DNA of 64,000 nucleotides from Stegostoma tigrinum (Eukaryota): NCBI RefSeq assembly GCF_030684315.1, contig NC_081387.1, positions 5,870,497 to 5,934,496 of the forward strand, read 5' to 3'. Shown piece by piece: positions 25,110 to 37,479 of this stretch (position 1 is its first letter; each line of letters starts with the position of its first letter). The notes under the pieces were generated by a model. It saw only the letters and a program-made list of their open reading frames with translations, ran no database searches and was not told where the DNA came from. The position numbers and the translations under genes were made by a program.

Positions 25110-26725
25110 GTCAGTTCAAACAGACATTCCATCGTCCTTTGTGAGAGTGAATCCATGGAAAGCAATTGGTCCAGACTGCGTCCCTGGCCCTCCACTCAGA
25201 TCCTTAGCGGTCCAGCTGGCAGGAGCATTTGCAATCCCGACTGAAGTCCAGGTCCAAGGCATACAGGTTTGGCAATTCTGACCCATATAGGAAATCCAGA
25301 AATGACATTTCTAACACAGTCAGAGATGCCAAGAGGCAATACCAAACTAAGCTTGAGATACAGACAAACTACACAGACACCCATCATTTGTGACAATGCT
25401 TACATGACATAATGGGCTACAAGGCAAAGCTGAACAGATTCAGAGGCAACAGGACATTGCTGGCTTTGAACAGGAGGTCAGTGTAAATATGTCATCTATC
25501 TCCACAGCCTCGGATACATCTGTACCCATGGTCACTGCCACAGACATTCCATTGTCCTTTGTGAGAGTGAATCCATGGAAAGCAATTGGTCCAGACTGCA
25601 TCCCTGGCCCTCCACTCAGATCCTGAGCGGTCCAGCTGGCAGGAGCATTTGCAAGCACCTTTAACTTGTCTTTACTATGATCTGAAGTCCCCATGTTTTA
25701 AGAAGACTGACATCATCCCGCTGCTAAAGAAAAATCATGCAGTGTGCCTCAATGACTAGCACATGGTGCCTCTGCGTTCTATAATTCAGACGTGCTTTGA
25801 GAGCTTGTCATAGCTTACAACAATTCCAACCTCCCAAACTGCCTGGAACATTTTCAATTTGCCTACCAGCACAACAGGTCCACAGCAGATACCATCTCCC
25901 TGGCCATACACTCACCCCTGGATCTTCTGGAAAACAACGAAATCTATGTCAGGCTCTTATTTATTTGCTACAGTTCCGCCTTCAACCTGATAAGTCCAGA
26001 AAAACCCATCTCTAAACTCTGTCACCTAGGTCTTAGATTCCCCCTCTGCATCAGGATACTCAACTTCCTGACCCATATGCCATCAGGCAACAACACCTCC
26101 TCCACCTTACTCCTTCACATTGGTGTAAGATATAAAGACAATAAAGTCTTCATCAACCTCAGCAAAATGAAGGAGCTGGTCATTAACTCCAGGAAGCAGA
26201 GTGGAGGGCACACCCCCTCTCAGCATCAATGGTGCTGAGGTAGAGATGGTCGAGAGCGTCATGTTTCTGGGAGTGATCATCACCAAAAATCCATCCTGGT
26301 CCACCCCTATCGATGCAGTTGTCGAGAAAGTACAATAACATCTCTACTTCTTCTCAGGGTTGAGAAAATGTGGCACGTCCATGAGGACTCTTAACAATTT
26401 CTACAGATTCACCACAGAAAGCATTGTATCTGGATGCATCACAGGGTTTTAGAGAAACTGCTCTTCCCAAGACCACAAGAAACTGCAGTGAGTTGGGAAC
26501 ACTGCCCAGTCCATCACAGAAACCAGCCTTGCATCCATTGGCTCCATCTAAACTTGCCGCTACCTCAGGAAAGCAACCAACTTAAGCAAAGCCTCTCTCA
26601 CCCCAGTTATAGTCTCTTCCACCCTCTTGCATTGGACAGAAGATATAAAAGTTTGAATCCAAGTACAAATAGATTCAAGAGCAGCTTCTTCCCCACTGTT
26701 ATCAGACTTTTGAATAGATCTCTCA
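25110..26725 (+). mobile_element. Degenerate Rex1/Babar-like LINE
   Basis: VNPWKAIGPD, RT-like remnants, C-terminal TNRFKSSFFPTVIRLLN. Contains an internal ~115-bp duplication. Confidence 0.7.
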
Positions 26726-26847
26726 AATGTTAATTCTGATCTCTCTCTCTCTCTCTGCACCTGCTGTACTACTGTAACTCTCTGCACTCTGATATGCTAC
26801 CTTGCTGCGTTTTCTATGATATGATCTGCATGTATAGAATGCAAGCT

Positions 26848-27090
26848 CGGTGGTTAGAATTGCCGCCTCACAGCACCGGTGACTTGGGTTCAACTCCATC
26901 TCTGTGTAGAGTTTGCATGTTCTCTCCATGTCTGTGTGGGTTTCCTAAGGGTGCCTCTGGTTTCTTCCCACTGTCCAAAGACATGCAGGTTACCTGAATT
27001 GGCCATGCTAAATTGCTGATAATTTCCTGCGATGTGCAGGGTGAGTGGATTAGCCACAGGAATGCAGGGTTAGAGGGATGGGCTGGGCCT
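26848..27090 (+). mobile_element. HE1-type SINE (3' truncated)
   Basis: tRNA-like head and conserved body. Confidence 0.75.
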
Positions 27091-27091
27091 G

Positions 27092-28168
27092 GATCCTGGA
27101 GGAATGGAATTGTGGGAGATATAGCAGTTTGGATCAGAAATTGGCTTGCTAAAAGAAGACAGAGGGTGGTAGTTGATGGGAAATGTTCATCCTGGAGACC
27201 AGTTACTAGTGGTGTACCGCAAGGGTCGGTGTTGGGTCCACTGCTGTTTGTCATTTTTATAAATGACCTGGATGAAGGCGTAGAAGGATGGGTTAGTAAA
27301 TTTGCAGATGACACTAAGGTCGGTGGAGTTGTGGATAGTGACGAAGGATGCTGTAGGCTTCAGAGAGACATAGATTAGCTGCAGAGCTGGGCTGAGAGGT
27401 GGCAAATGGAGTTTAATGCAGACAAATGTGAGGTGATGCACTTTGGTAGGAGTAACTGGAAGGCAAAGTACAGGGCTAATGGTAAGATTCTTAGTAGTGC
27501 AGATGAGCAGAGAGATCTCAGTGCCCATGTACACAGATCGTTGAAAGTTGCCCCCCAGGTTGACAGGGCTGTTAAGAAGGCGTACAGTGTTTTAGCTTTT
27601 ATTAATAGAGGGATCGAGTTCCGGAACCAAGAGGTTATGGTGAAGCTTGGAGTATTGTTTACAGTTCTGGTCACCGCATTATAAGAAGGATGTGGAAGCT
27701 TTGGAAAGGGTGCAGAGGAGATTTACTTGGATGTTGCCTGGTATGGAGGGAAGGTCTTACGAGGAAAGGCTGAGGGACTTGAGGCTGTTTTCATTAGAGA
27801 GAAGAAGGTTGAGAGGTGACTTAATAGAAACATATAAGATAATCAGAGGGGTGGATAGGGAGATCCTTTTTCCTAGGATGGTGACGGCGAGCACACAGGG
27901 TATAGCTTTAAATTGAGGGGTGAAAGATATAGGACAGATGTCAGAGGTAGTTTCTTTACTCAGAGAGTAGGAAGGGAATGGAACGCTTTGCCTGCAACGG
28001 TAGTAGATTCACCAACTTTAGGTACATTTAAGTCGTCATTGGACAAGCATATGGACGTACATGGAATAGTGTAGGTTAGATGGGCTTGAGATCGGTATGA
28101 CAGTTTGGCACAACATCGAGGGCTGAAGGGCCTGTACTGTGCTGTAATGTTCTATGTTCTATGTTCTA
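27092..28168 (+). mobile_element. CR1 LINE 3' fragment
   Basis: [16 protein letters not shown] and (ttctatg)n tail. Confidence 0.9.
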
Positions 28169-30269
28169 GATACTCTTTGGAGGGTTGCTATGGGCTGAAT
28201 GGCCTTCTGCAAAAATGAATCAAACAAAAAAGCATGAGAGGTGAGCAACCTGCCTTGAAGGCACATTTTGGGGAGTAGATGCAATTTCATCGGAACTTTG
28301 ACAGTTGCAGGGCACTATCTGTCTGAATGTAGTAAAGGATTCACTGTGCTTTTACTTCATATCACTTCGCTAAAATCACAATTGAGCACATCTTAAGTAC
28401 ACATCACTGTTGACATGATCATTCAATGAGATTATTCATAAAGTTAATGAGCTTTTTGCCACTGGCATATGATGTCCATCTCTCATTGACACTATCAGGA
28501 GCAGGGTGTGACCATTGCATGTTTGTTAGTGCAGAGCTGCCAGTCTGGAACTCCAGTTGGCTGCAAAAGCCTTGTCCAAGCAAAGAGCAGGAGAAGGTCA
28601 TTTGGCCCCTTGAGCCTGTTCCACCATTTAATAAGATTGTGGCTGATCAGAATGTGACCTCAAAACTATATTCCTGCTTACCATAATAACATTTCTCCCT
28701 CGTGCATGGCAAGAATCAAATCAGGATCTGCTTCACCAGGTGGAGACTTAATTTTAAGGTGTGTCAGGTGCTGCTCCTGGTATGTCTTCTGCAAACATTG
28801 AAGAGAATTGATGCTCTGTCTTGATGGCCATGGTAGAGTGGGGGATATGTCAGCCACAAGATTGCAGATTGTATTAGATTCTAATTTTGCTGCTGCTAAT
28901 GACCTCTAGCACTTTGTGGATGCCCAGATTTGAGTTTGGAGATCTGTCCAAAAAGTATTCTCCACAGCATTTTGGTAGCACAGCACAGCACAGCATTAGG
29001 TTGGTGAAACTACAAAACGGGACTAGTAAATGGCAAGCATTGCTGCAGCATTTAAGAGAACATGCTGAGCAATTCCACAAACATTAGATCAGATCTAAGC
29101 TCTGCAGCCCTGTCGTATCCAATCGTGAATGGAGATGGAAAATTCAACAACTCATTCAAAGATGGGACACCACCAGTATCCTTATCCTGAATGATGAGAG
29201 GGCCCAGTACGTCAGTTGCTGTTTCCAATTCCCTGGTCAATGTCAGTAAAATTGAAACTTCCAGGATTTCTAAGAAACTGCTTCATTGTCAGGAGCAAAT
29301 GCTAATATTTTGAAAAACCACAGCCAACCAGAAGCCTTTCCTACATAAGTTCAGAATGTGATGAGCTGACAATGGAAGTGCGAGTGCCCACAATAAATCA
29401 GAGGTTGGTGAAGCTGATTGCAGCTTTCCTCTGAATCTAAACACCTATCAACAAAATATATCGAGTCACTGAAACAATCAGAGACTGACTTCAGCACCCA
29501 AAAATGAAAAGAGTCTGAGCCAGTGTAAATGTTTTCGAACAAGTGCAGTTGTTCCAGGAGCTGAGATCTCAGTGAAAACCCTGGTCCATCCTGTCCCGAT
29601 AGTGATTCCCCCACAGCTGGATCACAGACATTTCATGTACAGGTCAGTGAGATACTTTCATGTGGGAGGTAACCTGTGTGTGTGAGTTTAGCTGTTTGTG
29701 TCCATTCGTGTGAGGGTGGTCTTCTATATTCCTGTGAGACAGTGACAGTATGGCTAAATGGCATTAATGTTATGTCATTGTAACAGGGGCTGTATCAATG
29801 TGAGATCCCATTTGGGTGTGTGTGAGTGTGAAATGAGTGTGAGTGTGAAGCATATACTGTATTCATGTACATATGTGTACGACACAACCCAAAGGAAAAC
29901 CTAGCAAGCTGATGAATGAATATACTGGTCTGACTCCTCTCTTATACTCGCACATGGAGGCCTGGTCCAACAAGCTCGGTTCCAAATAGGATATCTTTTC
30001 CTTTGGTACTTTCCCTGTCTGAGTCACTCTGGTTATACAGCAGCATCCACTTCTGCCTTGGGGTGGTTAATGTGTCGCGAAACACAAATTATGCTGGAAC
30101 AGTCCACTGCCCTTCCCTGATGAATTTGACTGAGAGACCCAGTGACACCACTGCTGTGTCAGTCACTGCAACAATCCCCTCACAAGTGCAAAAGCAGAAA
30201 CCTCATGTACAGTTCTGTGAAATAATGTAATGACAAGGGAACCTGTTGCAAGTGAGTTTCCCTGTTTGT

Positions 30270-30740
30270 GAAGATGCAGTGTAGAGCTGGATGAGGACGG
30301 CAGGCCAGGCAGCATTTGAGGAGCCGGATTGTGGATGTTTCAGGTCAGGAACTTTCTTCAGAAATGTGGAGGGGAAACGGAGCTTGGCAGAAAATAGAGT
30401 GGAGGGTGGGGCTGGGGCAGGCAGTTGGGATGGTGATAGGTGAGTGCATTTAGAGAGTGATGCGGATTAGTCAGTGGGATCGGTGAGAGAGAAGGTGGAC
30501 GGGTAGTGTCAGGTCAAGGAGGTGGGATAAGGCCGGATCTGTGGAGACTGCAGTGATGTTTTAGGTCGGTACCCTTCTTCAGAAATGGGGAGGGGTAAGG
30601 GCACTGAGAAATCTGTGTGTCTCCAGCATCTGCAGTTCCTTGCTGTCTCTGGTCCTGCTCCTCTGATGCTGCCTGGTCTGCTGTGTTCCTCCAGCTCCAC
30701 ACTGTACTGTCTCTGACTCCAGCATCTGCAGTTCTTGCTA
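30270..30740. mobile_element. Penelope-like pLTR fragments
   Basis: gcagcat..cccttcttcagaaatggg..ccagcatctgcagttc motifs, as in the other copies. Confidence 0.6.
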
Positions 30741-32452
30741 ACTCTTTCCTGTTTGTGTGTCTGAGTGTGAGGTGTATTACTGTGAGACAGCAAGAATGCA
30801 TCTGAGTGTGACAACGTTTGTGTTAGTGTAACAGTAGCTCCATGAGTGTGTCCTAATTATGGTGCGTGTGAATGTATCACATTTGTGTGGGATGATATTT
30901 CAGAAATGCTTATGACTGAAAAAGCATGATACAGTAGTTGTGTGTATGCTCAAAATGTAATAAAGAAGTAGGTAAGTTCTGATTTAGTTATTAATGGAAA
31001 GGAGTAACCACACTTGCAGTTCTGTGTCCAGTATTGGGCTTTAATGAAGGATGCAAACACATTGGAAGCGGTTCAGAGCAGATTTACTGGATTAAACCTG
31101 GAATGTTGAGGTTGTCTAATGAGGATCGATTGGGCATGCTATGTTTGTATCTGATGGAGTTTATATCTGTCCATGTTTGGAACATGTAAGGAGCAGAAAG
31201 GTCTTGACAGGTTAATGTGCAGAGGGTATTTCCTCTTAAAGGAGGACCGAGACTGAGAGATCGCTGTGCCAACGGTAGAAGGCTTTTCTTTTAAAACAGA
31301 GCTTGGGTACAATTTTTTCTCTGGGTGCCCCATGAGGAATTGGAACTCCCTCCCTGAACAAAAATAGAGCAAAGAGATCCTTAAATATTTAAATCATAGA
31401 TTCTTAGTAATCGATTCAATTTTCCAAATGATGAGTGAAAATCTCATTTTGTTTTTCTTTGCTGCTGAACAAGAAGTCGACAGTATCTCGTGCTGAGTTT
31501 CTGAGTGACACACAAACATGTCAACATCCTGTAGCTCTGTGATGGAGGTTGGAATGAATGCGGGTTCTGATTAGAGCGGGTGGAGATTGAACAGTTTTCT
31601 CTCTGTGGAGTCGATTATCTCCAAGGCAGAGTTTCCTATTGCTTTGCAGCCTTTCCTTCTCCCAGGAGCCGTCACTGTGAGCTTGGGAGTGCTTAACAAT
31701 TTAAATTGTGCAAAACTTTACGTTTGCTGAGACCGGGTCATGTGCAGTGAGTTACAGGGAGATAGTGTGAGGAACGGGGAGGCCGATCACTTATCGGTAG
31801 TTGGGTCAGAGAGAGTGATGGGTGTGTGGTCAGTGTTACTGATAGGGTTTCTATGTGAGTGATTGGTAGCGGTCAGTTTTGTTAGGAGCCAGCAGTTACA
31901 GCTGGTTGAAATCCATCTCTCTGGTCCTGGCTCACTGTCAAGTGAAGTCAGTCAGAAACCTTCCGAGTCCCCAGGTCTTGTTGAGAGTTAGAGACGTTTA
32001 TGGATGGTTCCAGTTGGTGGGTAATGGCCCTCTGATATTCAGTGTCCTGTGCAGTTCCCCGCGCAGCCAGTGCATTCCCACTTTCAGGAATTTCCAGTTC
32101 GAATCTTCCCGTTTCTTCCCCTGAATGTCATCCTGACCAATCGCTCTGGTCATGTGCCTAATGATAGGATTGTGGGGAGCCCAGGACTTCCGCCCAGTGG
32201 CACCGCTTCCTTCGCAGGGTTTTCTGACCCAATGATCCTGTCCATTTTTTCTGGGAATTTTCAGTCAGGAATTCCGGGCTGAGTCCAGACTAGGACAGAA
32301 GTCGCTGCCGCTGGAGGCCATTCGGCCCCTTAGTCATGCTGTTATTCGATACGGTCACGGCTGATCCAACTGAGGCTTCAACCCCACTTAGAAGTGTCAC
32401 ACATGATCAGGTTGAAATTGCCCCGGAAATCAGCCCATTGCAATACAAACTT

Positions 32453-33368
32453 NNNNNNNNNNNNNNNNNNNNNNNNNNNNNNNNNNNNNNNNNNNNNNNN
32501 NNNNNNNNNNNNNNNNNNNNNNNNNNNNNNNNNNNNNNNNNNNNNNNNNNNNNNNNNNNNNNNNNNNNNNNNNNNNNNNNNNNNNTGTGTGTGNNNNNNN
32601 NNNNNNNNNNNNNNNNNNNNNNNNNNNNNNNNNNNNNNNNNNNNNNNNNNNNNNNNNNNNNNNNNNNNNNNNNNNNNNNNNNNNNNNNNNNNNNNNNNNN
32701 NNNNNNNNNNNNNNNNNNNNNNNNNNNNNNNNNNNNNNNNNNNNNNNNNNNNNNNNNNNNNNNNNNNNNNNNNNNNNNNNNNNNNNNNNNNNNNNNNNNN
32801 NNNNNNNNNNNNNNNNNNNNNNNNNNNNNNNNNNNNNNNNNNNNNNNNNNNNNNNNNNNNNNNNNNNNNNNNNNNNNNNNNNNNNNNNNNNNNNNNNNNN
32901 NNNNNNNNNNNNNNNNNNNNNNNNNNNNNNNNNNNNNNNNNNNNNNNNNNNNNNNNNNNNNNNNNNNNNNNNNNNNNNNNNNNNNNNNNNNNNNNNNNNN
33001 NNNNNNNNNNNNNNNNNNNNNNNNNNNNNNNNNNNNNNNNNNNNNNTGTCTTTGTGCGTGTGTGTGTTTTCGGTGTGTGTGTTTGTGTGTATGTCTGTGT
33101 GTGTGTGTCTTTGTCTNNNNNNNNNNNNNNNNNNNNNNNNNNNNNNNNNNNNNNNNNNNNNNNNNNNNNNNNNNNNNNNNNNNNNNNNNNNNNNNNNNNN
33201 NNNNNNNNNNNNNNNNNNNNNNNNNNNNNNNNNNNNNNNNNNNNNNNNNNNNNNNNNNNNNNNNNNNNNNNNNNNNNNNNNNNNNNNNNNNNNNNNNNNN
33301 NNNNNNNNNNNNNNNNNNNNNNNNNNNNNNNNGTTCAGTGTGTGCGTGTGTGTGTGTGTGTGTGTGTG
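32453..33368. repeat. Assembly gaps within a (TG)n microsatellite region
   Basis: N runs interleaved with tgtgtg. Confidence 0.95.
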
Positions 33369-34831
33369 CAGTGTCAGGATTTGCTTTGGGAGTGTGGGAT
33401 GAAGTTTCCCTGACTCTAGGAGAATAGGTTGAGGAGACTCCACGACAAGGCGTGCAGATGTTGACCACCCATAATTACACCCATTTGAGCTGCTGTTCCA
33501 GAAGACAGTTCAGAGTCAACAACCTCCGTGGGTCTGGCGTCAGATCTAGACCAGACCGGGACGGGAGGCAGATTTACCTTCTCAAAGGACTCTAATGAAG
33601 GAGAATACGTTTTCACACAATCGGTGCTCGTCGTCACGGTCACCGTTCAGACACCAGATTTCAATTCTATTTTTTTTTATTATTTGAATCTAAATTCCAT
33701 CAGTTCAGTGTGTGTTTAGATCCTATGTCCACGAGAATTGGTCTGATCCTCAGTATAAGTCGTTCAATCATATTAGCTGCAGCACCGTCTCCACTGTCAG
33801 ATCTGAGTAATAACGAAACGGCCAGCATTTCTCGGAAACGATTTCATTGTCGGGAAGAGCCGCACATGAACAAAGTGAAAGTTAAATGTTACTCAAACAG
33901 CACAACTGTATCTCTGAGTTGGCAGCAGCATTTCGTGCACTCGTTCTGAACACTACAACGTGGTAAGGGAAACATCAGTTCCTGCAGTAAATAATCTTTG
34001 CCTCCATCTGATCACAGCTTTACTCCACACCCCAAAACGTGTCAACACAAGTGACTCAGCCACTGAGTCAATCGGAGACTGACTTCAACTCGCAACGCGG
34101 AGAAGCGTCTGATGAGCCAGTGCTTTCGAACAAGTGCAGTTGTTACAGGAGCTGAGACCTCAGTGAAAACCCTGGTCCATCCTGTCCCGATAGTGATTCC
34201 CCCTCGGCTGGATCACAGACATTTCATGTACAGGTCAGTGAGATAGGTTGATGTGGGAGGGAATCTGTGGGTGTGAGTTTAGCTGCGTGTGTATATGGGT
34301 GTGAGGATGCTCTTCTACATTACTATAAGATAGTGAGAGGCTGGTAAATGTACCAGTAGCTGCGTGTGTGTTAAATATTTCCGGGCATGTGTACAATCGT
34401 GAAGCATCCAGTGTGTTGCTGCACGTGTTCGTGAGACAACCAGAAGGAGTGACCAGTAAAACTGGTGAATGAGATATCGTGGTCCAACTCGTTTCTGATG
34501 CCTCTAAATGGAGATCCAGCATGACCAGCTCATTTTCAATTAGGATTGTTTTGGGTCTGTGCCACTGTGGAACATTTGTGCCCATGGGGTATGTGATTTT
34601 CTTCCACATGCATGTGTGTTTGAAAATCGTTGCTGGTATGTTTTTCAACCCCATTTTCTTCTCCCCAGAAACTTTGATCCCCTGACTAATCCAAAGCCTC
34701 TGTCTCTCTCTCAGTGTTTAATACACTCAGTGACTTGGACTCCACAGCTTCCTGTGGCAATGATTTCACAGACTCACTGCTTTGGTAAGTTAAGTTTGCC
34801 ACCTGCTATCAGGAGCACAACTTAGCAAAGC

Positions 34832-35110
34832 AGTAGCTCAGTGGTTAGCACCGCTGCCTCACAGTGCTAGGGACCTCGGTTTGATTCCAGCCTTGGGTTG
34901 CTGTCAGTGTGGAGTTTGCACATTCTCCCTGTATCAGTACAGGTTTCCTCCCACAGTTGAAGGATATGCAGGTTAGTTGGATTAGTTAGTTGCCCACAGT
35001 GTCTAGGATGGGAAATGCAATGACAGGGCAAGGGGTGAGATGCTCTTCAGAGGGTCAGTGTGGGCTTGATGGGCTGAATGGCCTGTTTCCACACTATATG
35101 GATTTTATGA
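34832..35110 (+). mobile_element. HE1-type SINE
   Basis: gctcagtggttagcaccgctgcctcacag head. Confidence 0.85.
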
Positions 35111-36484
35111 CCCTCCCACCCCGTGGCTAAAGAAATTCTGTCGTCTCAGAGCTTACACTCTGGGGCTGTGCCCTCGGGTCCGACAGTCTCTCCTATTCAT
35201 GGAAACACAGACAGACATGAGGTTGGCTATTGTTGTAGGGCAGACCTCTTTATCTGCCCATTCCCCCAACCCGCCCAAACCCCAGCCCTGTGACAATGTC
35301 CCTCAGACACTGAGAGGGTGAGTTTTTAACGTTTCATTTTGACAAAGTGTCTCATTTAAGGAGAGCTCTATTTCTAAATTATAATTTGTTCCAGTTCTGT
35401 TGGAGTCCATTGTTTTATTTATTGATTGGCCTGAAGTCATTTCAAAAAGTACAACATTTTTTTGATGACATTGGACATTCAGCCGTTAAAACAGATTACA
35501 AAGTAGAAAAGCTACTCATTAATACATTTTTCTGAAGAAGGGTCCAGACCCAGAACGTCAGCTTTCCTGCTCCTCTGATTCTGCTTGGCCTGCTGTGTTC
35601 CTCCAGCTCCACACCGTTTTGTCTCAGATTCTCCAGCATCTGCTTGCGACCACCCTGTTGTCCTGATATTACAGAAGCTAACAATAACCATTGCAGCATG
35701 TTGTTTGCAGATAAACATTACATCCCGTAACTGCCCTGAACGCAGCTAATTGGACCAGTGGCAGTTTGAAGGCTTTGTGAATTCATGGTCGTTTGGGAAG
35801 ATCGATTGTGGATATCTCCTGAGAATAGCAGAAAGTGTTGAATACCTCTCCATGCCAAACGGCCCAATTATGTTCCCTTTTGTCTCCTCTAGAGAAAAGA
35901 ATGCTTCGTTTGTTTAGTGAGATAACAAGGTGTGGAGCTGGATGATCACAGCAGGCCAAGAAGTATCTTAGAAGCAGAAAAGCTGATGTTTTGGGCTCAG
36001 ACCCTTTTCTGATGAAGGCTCTAGGCCTGAACCATCAGCTTTTCTGCTCCTAAGATACTGCTTGGCCTGCTGTGTTCATCCAGCTCTACACTTCGTTGTC
36101 ACAATTTTGTTACGGACAGCATTGAAACAAAACCCATTCAAAAAGTCAGATAATCAGATGAAAACTTCACATCCAATTGCAGAATCAGATACATTTCAAC
36201 ATTTAAATGGATAAACTCTTAGTTCTGGAAGTTCCTTTCTGCTGGTGTTTGAATCTTCCTGGAAAGGTAAGACTGTGTCCTGCTCCTGGGTAAAGCAGCC
36301 TGAATGTTTCTCAGAGAAACACCAACATCAGCTCAGGGAAATGAGCCCAAATGCTTGAGTCGTACAGTCGTTAGCGCAGCAAATCAGCGAAAGCTAATTA
36401 AGAGCTGGCGGATGTCAGTTCCTTCTGGTTTCATTCTTAGGTAGCATGTTTTCTTGATTTGTCCGTTCTGTTTAACTCACTGTC

Positions 36485-37150
36485 CACCCCACTCAATCCA
36501 CTCAGCCCAAGAGTTCCTCAATCCCATCAAGGACATAAGAATAGACGATGATGAGACCATCATATCAGTTGATATTACTGCCCTATTCACATCGATTGAT
36601 GTACCACAAGCAAGAGAAACACTGGCAACACAACTAAAACAAGAACGAGACCCAAGTAACACCATCTCCATCGACAACACGCTGAAATTACTGGACCTAA
36701 GCCTTTTGATCCACTTCACCTTTAACGGCCGAATATATGAACAGATCAACGGGACACCCATGGTGTCAGCTATCTCTGGACTAATAGCTGAAGTGGTAAT
36801 GCAGAGGCTCGAAAGCATGGCCCTTCCGCTATTCCAACCAAAACTGGATCTGACGTAGAAAGCACCATCATCATGATTAAATGGACCAAATTAGAGGAGA
36901 CACACCGACCAATAAACAACACTCTCACCAGGGTAAAATTCAGCAGGGAAGAGGAAAAGAACAAACAGCTTCCATTCCTGGACGTCATGGTACAATGCAG
37001 GGCCAATGGGGAATTCCTGACAAAGTTCCACAGGAAAGCCACCCACACTGACCAAGTACTCAATTTCAACAGCAACTACCCGAACACCCACAAACAAATT
37101 TGCATGAAAACACTAGTCAAATGAGGGACAACATGCTGCGGCAACCAAGA
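36485..37150 (+). mobile_element. Penelope-like reverse transcriptase fragment
   Basis: SVDITALFTSI, YEQINGTPM, LPFLDV, RKATHTDQVLNFNSNYP; frameshifted. Confidence 0.85.
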
Positions 37151-37479
37151 ACTAACCCACAGCATTTGTTGTCCATCCCAAATTGCCCAGAGGACAGCTC
37201 AGAGCCAACCACTTTGCTGTGGGTCTGGATGGTATTTTCCTTCCCTGTAGGACCTTAGTGAACCAGATGAGATTCTTCCTGACAATTGGCCATGGATTCA
37301 GAGTCATCATTGGATTGTTAATTCCAGATATTGTTATTGAATTCAAATTCCACGCTCTCCCATGGCAGGATTTGAACCCAGGTCCCTAGAATAGAACATA
37401 GAACATAGAACAGTACAGCACAGAACAGGCCCTTCAGCCCACAATGTTGTGCCGACCATTGATCCTCATGGATGCACCC

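Noticed and set aside
25118-25655. ~115-bp direct repeat pair
   Set aside because: Internal duplication within a dead LINE; no sign of function.
32336-33468. Long ORFs of 270-360 aa
   Set aside because: Artefacts of N runs and TG repeats.
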